Positions 59,018 to 64,000 of a stretch of 64,000 bases of DNA are shown here, piece after piece. The position numbers and the translations under genes are program-made. How positions within the stretch are numbered: position 1 is the stretch's first letter; every line of letters starts with the position of its first letter. The stretch is from Gemmatimonadales bacterium (GTDB lineage: Bacteria > Gemmatimonadota > Gemmatimonadetes > Gemmatimonadales > Gemmatimonadaceae), in assembly GCA_038213465.1 (NCBI GenBank), contig JBBQTA010000007.1:75488-139487 (forward strand). The letters are read 5' to 3'. The notes under the pieces were generated by a model, which was not told the DNA's origin, ran no database searches, and worked only from the letters and a program-made list of their open reading frames with translations.

Positions 59018-60034
59018 CTAACCGAGAGCGGGTGTCGCCGGTTCGCGGTCCGCGCGACGCGTCAGTCGTCTTGTCTCGCCATGTCGCATCACCGTAAAGC
59101 GTTCCGGTGCCAGCGCGCGCGCCGCCATCGCTGCCGCGAGGTCCTTCGGCGGCTGATCCAGTGATTCGTCGGTCAATGGGAACGTGCCCCAGTGCACGCC
59201 GATCGCCGCGTCGGCGCCGACATCGAGCATGACCTGGACGGCCTCGTCGGGGTTCACGTGCTGCGTCCGCATGAACCACCGCGGCTCGTAGGCGCCGATG
59301 CCGATCGCGGCAAAATCGAAGCCGCCGAACTGCGCGCCGATGCGCCGTGGATCGTCGGAGTACCCGAGATCGCCGGAATACCAGAACCGGAACGATGGGT
59401 GCACGATGGCCCAGCTGCCCCAAGGTGTATCGTTGCGCCGCAGCGCCGAGCGACTGCTCCAGTGCTGCACCGGCAGGAAGTGCAACTCCAGATCGCCGGT
59501 TGGCGTGTCGAGGCGATGGGTGTCGTGCCACTCGACGCCGACCGCAGTCGAGGTGCCGTTCACGGTCGCGCTCGGCACCTGTCTGGCGAACCACGACTCC
59601 ACGCCGCGCGGTACCAGGAACGGGGGGGGCCCCCCCGCCTGTCGGGCCACGCCACGCACCGACGGTCGGTCCAGATGGTCGTAGTGGTTGTGCGAAATCA
59701 GCACGGCATCGATGGAGGGCAGCTGCGCGAGCGACAATCCCGGTGGCTGATGACGTCTGGGCCCCGCGAACGCGACCGGCGAGACGCGTCGGCTGAACAC
59801 CGGGTCTATGAGCATGTTGCGCCCGGCGAGTTGCAGGAGCAGCGACGCATGGCCGATCCAGGTGAGCGTCGTGTCGGTGCGATTGGACCGCAGATACTCG
59901 ACGTCGGGTGGCACGCCGCGAATCGGCGCCGCGGGTGGATGGGGTAAGCGGTGCCGCAGGCGGTCGTAGGTCCATCGCGCGACCCCCGAGGGGTCCACGT
60001 CGATGCCACTGGGGTTGCGATACGGTGGAGGCAT
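59018..60034 (-). CDS. MBL-fold metallo-hydrolase (NAPE-PLD/RomA-like)
   Basis: TWIGHAS; LIDPVFS; ISHNHYDHLD; VQHWSSR; WYSGDLGY; IGAYEPRW; HVNP; HWGTF. Start moved to ATG 60034. Confidence 0.9.
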   Translation of the reverse strand: MPPPYRNPSGIDVDPSGVARWTYDRLRHRLPHPPAAPIRGVPPDVEYLRSNRTDTTLTWIGHASLLLQLAGRNMLIDPVFSRRVSPVAFAGPRRHQPPGLSLAQLPSIDAVLISHNHYDHLDRPSVRGVARQAGGPPPFLVPRGVESWFARQVPSATVNGTSTAVGVEWHDTHRLDTPTGDLELHFLPVQHWSSRSALRRNDTPWGSWAIVHPSFRFWYSGDLGYSDDPRRIGAQFGGFDFAAIGIGAYEPRWFMRTQHVNPDEAVQVMLDVGADAAIGVHWGTFPLTDESLDQPPKDLAAAMAARALAPERFTVMRHGETRRLTRRADREPATPALG

Positions 60035-60217
60035 CAGGCGACGGAGGTGGGACAGCGCGGAACTGACAGACAAAGATAGGTCGGGATTGGACGCCCGGAT
60101 TGGCGAAGGACCCGCCTCGTCCTCCCAAAACGGGACGGTGGTGCGAACAAAACATGAGCCTGCCGCGTAGACCTCGGATTGCTCTTTGATTTTTTGTCCC
60201 ACCTCGTCTGTTCAATC

Positions 60218-61627
60218 ATGCCAACGTCGCACATGCGCCAACGTTCTATTCTTCCGTTCTTTTTGTTGCTGAGCGCGTCGCTCGCGCTTGCATCAACCGC
60301 GTTCGCACAAGGCGGTCGTCCGCCGGGTGGCCCGCCGCCGGGCGTGATGGCACGACCAAGCGCACCCGACTCGCTGACGTTGCAGTCGCAGGCGATTCGG
60401 GTTTTTCTGGACTGTCAGGGCCGCGTGCGTGGCTGTGATCGCGACTTCATCGTGACCGATGTGAACTTCGTGAACTGGATGCGCGACCGGTTCGACGCCG
60501 ACGTCCAGATTCTCGTCTCCGGATTGACCAACGGCGGTGGCGGATCGGAGAACACGGTCACGTTCATCGGGCGTCGCGCCTTTGAAGGAATGGCGGACAC
60601 TCTGGTGCTGAACACGCTGCCGAATGACGCCGACGACGTCATCCGCCGCGAGCTGGCGCGCACGTTCAAACTGGGGCTCGCGCGATATGTGGCCCGGTCG
60701 CCCTTGGCGAAGCGCCTGCAGATCGCATACGTCGGGCCGGCCGGCATGCAACAGGCATCGCCGGCCAACCTCAAGGACAAGTGGAACCTCTGGACGTACA
60801 CGACGAACTTCAACGCGTTCGTGCGCGCCGAGGAGCAGCAGCAGTCGGTGAACGGTTCATTGTCGCTGGCGGCGAATCGTTCGACAGCGACCTGGAAGTT
60901 GAACACGTCGGTGAGTGGCAACGTGAATACGCAGAACTTCAAGATCGCCGCCACATCGACCCGCCCGGCGATCTCGGTACGCAACGAGCAGCGCACGTAC
61001 AACGCGAACAGTCTGATCGTGCGGTCGCTGAATACGCATTGGTCTGCCGGCGTGAAGGCTGGCGCCGGCTATTCGGACTTTCTCAACCAGGACCTCGCAC
61101 TGCGGTTGCAGCCGGCCGTTGAGTACAACGTGTTTCCTTGGACGGAGCAGACACGCCGCCAACTGACATTTCTGTACAACGTCGGTCCCAACTACTACAA
61201 TTACCAGCGCACGACGGTGCTCAATCGCGATTCGGAAACGCGATTCAGCCAACAAGCCACCGCGTCCTTGGTCGCCCGCCAGTCGTGGGGATCCTCCAAC
61301 GTCTCGCTGGACTGGTTGAACTACCTGCACGATGTCAGCCGACATGCACTCACGCTCAGCGGGAACGTCGACTTGCGCATCGGTCGCGGCTTCTCGCTCA
61401 ACATCGGTGGCTCCGCCGCCCGCGTGAACGATCAGATCTATCTCCCGCGCGCAGGCAACACCGAAGAAGAAATTCTCTTGCAGCGTCAGGCGCTGCAGAC
61501 CGGCTTTCGCATCACGACCAACGTCGGCGTTCGCTACACCTTTGGATCGATCTACAACACCATCGTGAACCAGCGCTTCAGCAGCCTTGGCTCGAGTGGC
61601 GGTCGATTCAACTTCCAGTTCTTCTGA
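60218..61627 (+). CDS. Putative outer-membrane beta-barrel protein
   Basis: Signal peptide (ASTAFA-Q); periplasmic alpha/beta N-domain with a Cys pair; alternating-strand C-domain ending in Phe (FNFQFF). Confidence 0.7.
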   Translation: MPTSHMRQRSILPFFLLLSASLALASTAFAQGGRPPGGPPPGVMARPSAPDSLTLQSQAIRVFLDCQGRVRGCDRDFIVTDVNFVNWMRDRFDADVQILVSGLTNGGGGSENTVTFIGRRAFEGMADTLVLNTLPNDADDVIRRELARTFKLGLARYVARSPLAKRLQIAYVGPAGMQQASPANLKDKWNLWTYTTNFNAFVRAEEQQQSVNGSLSLAANRSTATWKLNTSVSGNVNTQNFKIAATSTRPAISVRNEQRTYNANSLIVRSLNTHWSAGVKAGAGYSDFLNQDLALRLQPAVEYNVFPWTEQTRRQLTFLYNVGPNYYNYQRTTVLNRDSETRFSQQATASLVARQSWGSSNVSLDWLNYLHDVSRHALTLSGNVDLRIGRGFSLNIGGSAARVNDQIYLPRAGNTEEEILLQRQALQTGFRITTNVGVRYTFGSIYNTIVNQRFSSLGSSGGRFNFQFF

Positions 61628-61708
61628 CCCGAGACACGGCGGTCCGTCCGGCGGCTGGGCGGAGATGGCGCGTCCATCACGCGCCTCACGTGCGTGGTGA
61701 CGCCGCTG

Positions 61709-64000
61709 TCAGCGGGCCGCACCCGACGAGTTCACGCGGGGCACGCCGGCGCGAAAGAGATAGCTCAGTTTCACGAAGGCGCCGTCCGACACTCGCTCGG
61801 CTTCGAAGGGGCGCATCGTAAGACTCGCATCCAATGCCGAACCGTATCCCACGAACAGCACGGTGCCGGGACTCGGCAAATACGAGACGAGCCAATCGGC
61901 ACGTCCAAGCAGCGTCCGGCGGCGACCGATCTCGCTGTACGTCCCGCTGGCCCCTCGCGTGAGCAGAGGACGCTCGGTGCGCGGATCCCGCAGCGCGTCA
62001 CGGTCGCGCGATTCGACCTGCACGATCACTCGCGCAAAGAGCGCACGGGAAAACTGGTACTCCGTGCGCAGGCGTGGCACTACCTGCGTGCTGAACACGG
62101 ACCCATCGCGCGAGCGCACGAAACGCTGATAGCGCACGAGTGACGAGAGGCGCAACTGCGGCGACGGACGCAAGTCGGTGGACAGCTCCATCTCCGTGCG
62201 CGTGGCAGTGGCGGTTTCAAAGAACTCGGGTTCCGTTCCGCGCCGCGCGCTGAGGGAAGCCCCACCGCGACGCCACTGCGGTGTGTTCACCGAAAGCTGA
62301 AGCGCGCGCGTGAACTGCCGGTCAGCGGGCACGAAGGCCGCCGTATCGATCCGACCGCCGCTTGTGGCGCGCAGCGTCGCGATGCGCGCGTAGCGTCTCG
62401 CATCGAACGCCACCGCCTGCAGCTCGGGGGACAACGACGCGCGCCAGCCGCCGCGCAACACGAACGAGTTGTCGAGGACGGCGGTGACCTCCAACGGCGA
62501 ACCGCGCTGCTGAAATCCCGCGTAGGACCACAGCGCCGACGAACGGAGGAACTGCTGCTGCTGATCCCACCATCCACCCTTGCGGCCAAAACGCGTAAAT
62601 CGCTGGAAGAGTTGGGCACGGACGAAGTCGGTCCGATTCACGAAGCCGCTTTGCGTCTCGAACTGCGGTGAAAAGGAGGCGAGCGAACTGCGATATCCCC
62701 ACGCACGTCCGGTCCGTCCGTGATTCATCTCGAGGAGCTGTCCGCTGCGCGTTCCGGCGCTGTCACCGGTCAGACTGGTCGCCGCGCGGACCTCGACGTT
62801 GTACACTTTCGCGAAGTTCAGGCGCGAGTCGACCCCAGCCACCCGGTTGAAGCCTCGGCCCTCCGTTCGATCGGTGAAAACGAGGCCGGCCGAGCTCTGG
62901 GTGCCAATATCCCGGCGCACCCGCAAAAGATTGAACACCGGATTGGTCCGTCCGTCGCGACTGGTGCGCGCGGCGTCGACGGCGCTGAGCAGTCCGATAT
63001 CGACGCGGGGAATCTTGCCGGTGACCTTCACGGCGCCGAGCGGTTGCACGATGCGCCGGGTGTACACCAGCTGGTTTGGGGCATCGAATTGCTCGCTCCC
63101 TTCTACAAAGAACGGACGGAGCTCCGGAAAGAAGAGGGCGAATCGCGGATCGCCTGGAATCTGTCCAACGTCGGTTTCCACCTGACTGAAGTCGGGATTC
63201 GCGGTGCCGTTCACGGTGAAGTTCGCGGTGGCCCCCCATCGCACATCGCCGCCAAACTGTCCACGGGTGCCATACTTCCAGCTGTCAGCGCCCGTCGGCG
63301 CGCCGGAGGCGAATGTCGTGGACGTCGGCACGAGGTCGAGCACCAGTCCGCGCTTCATGCCGGTCATGCCGCGGAGGTAGCCCGCCTGTGCCGAGAAGGC
63401 TTGAATGGATCGAGAGGTCGGCGCCCACGTATCCTGGAAACCGGTGCGCTGCGTCTGTCGCACCACCTGAAAGCCCCAGTCCTGTCGATCGCCCATCTGA
63501 AACCGGATCGACTTGAAGGGAATGCGCGCCTCCACCGAGAATCCGTCATCGAGCAGCCGGCCCGCCGACTGCCACACGTAGTCTTGCGACAGATCGACCA
63601 CCCCCAGCGAGGCGCGGGAGACGCCCGGTGTCGCCGATTGTTCACTGCGCATGCCGTCCGCCTGCACACCGAGCGGATTCATGGCGAACGTGAAGGCACG
63701 GCGCCGATCATTGAACGTGTCGAATTGAAGCGCAATCCAGTCGTCGTTCAGGATGCGATCCCGCTCGGCCAGCGTGGCGCGCACCGTTCCCGGCGGCGCC
63801 CAGGCGCGCACCCCCACGTAGATGGCATCGCTGGCGTACCAGATGCGCACCTCGGTCGAGTCCTGCCCCGGACGACCGTCCACCGGATTGTACGACGTGA
63901 ACTGCGTCAGCAGCGCGGCCTTGCTCCACACTCGCTCGTCGAGCCGGCCGTCGAGGGTGACGTCGGCATCCGCCACCAGTGGTGGCCGCACGTCGAGTTG
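61709..64000 (-). CDS. CBM9-like/DUF5916 outer-membrane protein (N-terminus lies beyond the window end)
   Basis: TLDGRLDERVWSKA; TEVRIW...AIYVG; DWIALQFDTFNDRR...F..NPLGVQADG; EARIPFKSIRF; NPDFSQVETD; ELRPFFVEG. The frame stays open to the window end. Confidence 0.85.
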   Translation of the reverse strand, partial: QLDVRPPLVADADVTLDGRLDERVWSKAALLTQFTSYNPVDGRPGQDSTEVRIWYASDAIYVGVRAWAPPGTVRATLAERDRILNDDWIALQFDTFNDRRRAFTFAMNPLGVQADGMRSEQSATPGVSRASLGVVDLSQDYVWQSAGRLLDDGFSVEARIPFKSIRFQMGDRQDWGFQVVRQTQRTGFQDTWAPTSRSIQAFSAQAGYLRGMTGMKRGLVLDLVPTSTTFASGAPTGADSWKYGTRGQFGGDVRWGATANFTVNGTANPDFSQVETDVGQIPGDPRFALFFPELRPFFVEGSEQFDAPNQLVYTRRIVQPLGAVKVTGKIPRVDIGLLSAVDAARTSRDGRTNPVFNLLRVRRDIGTQSSAGLVFTDRTEGRGFNRVAGVDSRLNFAKVYNVEVRAATSLTGDSAGTRSGQLLEMNHGRTGRAWGYRSSLASFSPQFETQSGFVNRTDFVRAQLFQRFTRFGRKGGWWDQQQQFLRSSALWSYAGFQQRGSPLEVTAVLDNSFVLRGGWRASLSPELQAVAFDARRYARIATLRATSGGRIDTAAFVPADRQFTRALQLSVNTPQWRRGGASLSARRGTEPEFFETATATRTEMELSTDLRPSPQLRLSSLVRYQRFVRSRDGSVFSTQVVPRLRTEYQFSRALFARVIVQVESRDRDALRDPRTERPLLTRGASGTYSEIGRRRTLLGRADWLVSYLPSPGTVLFVGYGSALDASLTMRPFEAERVSDGAFVKLSYLFRAGVPRVNSSGAAR

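Overview
High-GC bacterial chromosomal segment. The gene content (TonB-dependent receptor, PEP-CTERM protein, PQQ dehydrogenase, NHL-repeat and HupE/UreJ proteins, many signal-peptide proteins) suggests a Gemmatimonadota-like heterotroph; this is inference, as no marker gene is present. About 44 coding regions are supported. I found no rRNA, tRNA, CRISPR array, integrase or transposase. Most of the window is envelope, redox and catabolic genes: two gamma-glutamyltransferase-family genes, a YtrA-like GntR/ABC operon, glutathione peroxidase, an S9 peptidase, a PQQ/cytochrome c/RidA/flavoenzyme cluster, a DUF547/TVP38/MerA-like/SelD-N-like module, pgm, an ECF sigma/anti-sigma/PDZ operon and katG. 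The stand-out is a 12.5-kb, tightly coupled operon of four very large uncharacterised proteins (43376-55903; 990, 1104, 1514 and 563 aa). The first resembles DUF6603 proteins, none has a signal peptide or a visible catalytic motif, and together they look like subunits of an undescribed macromolecular assembly. All family assignments come from motif recognition by eye; no database search was run. Several start codons were moved from the ORF track to better-supported positions.
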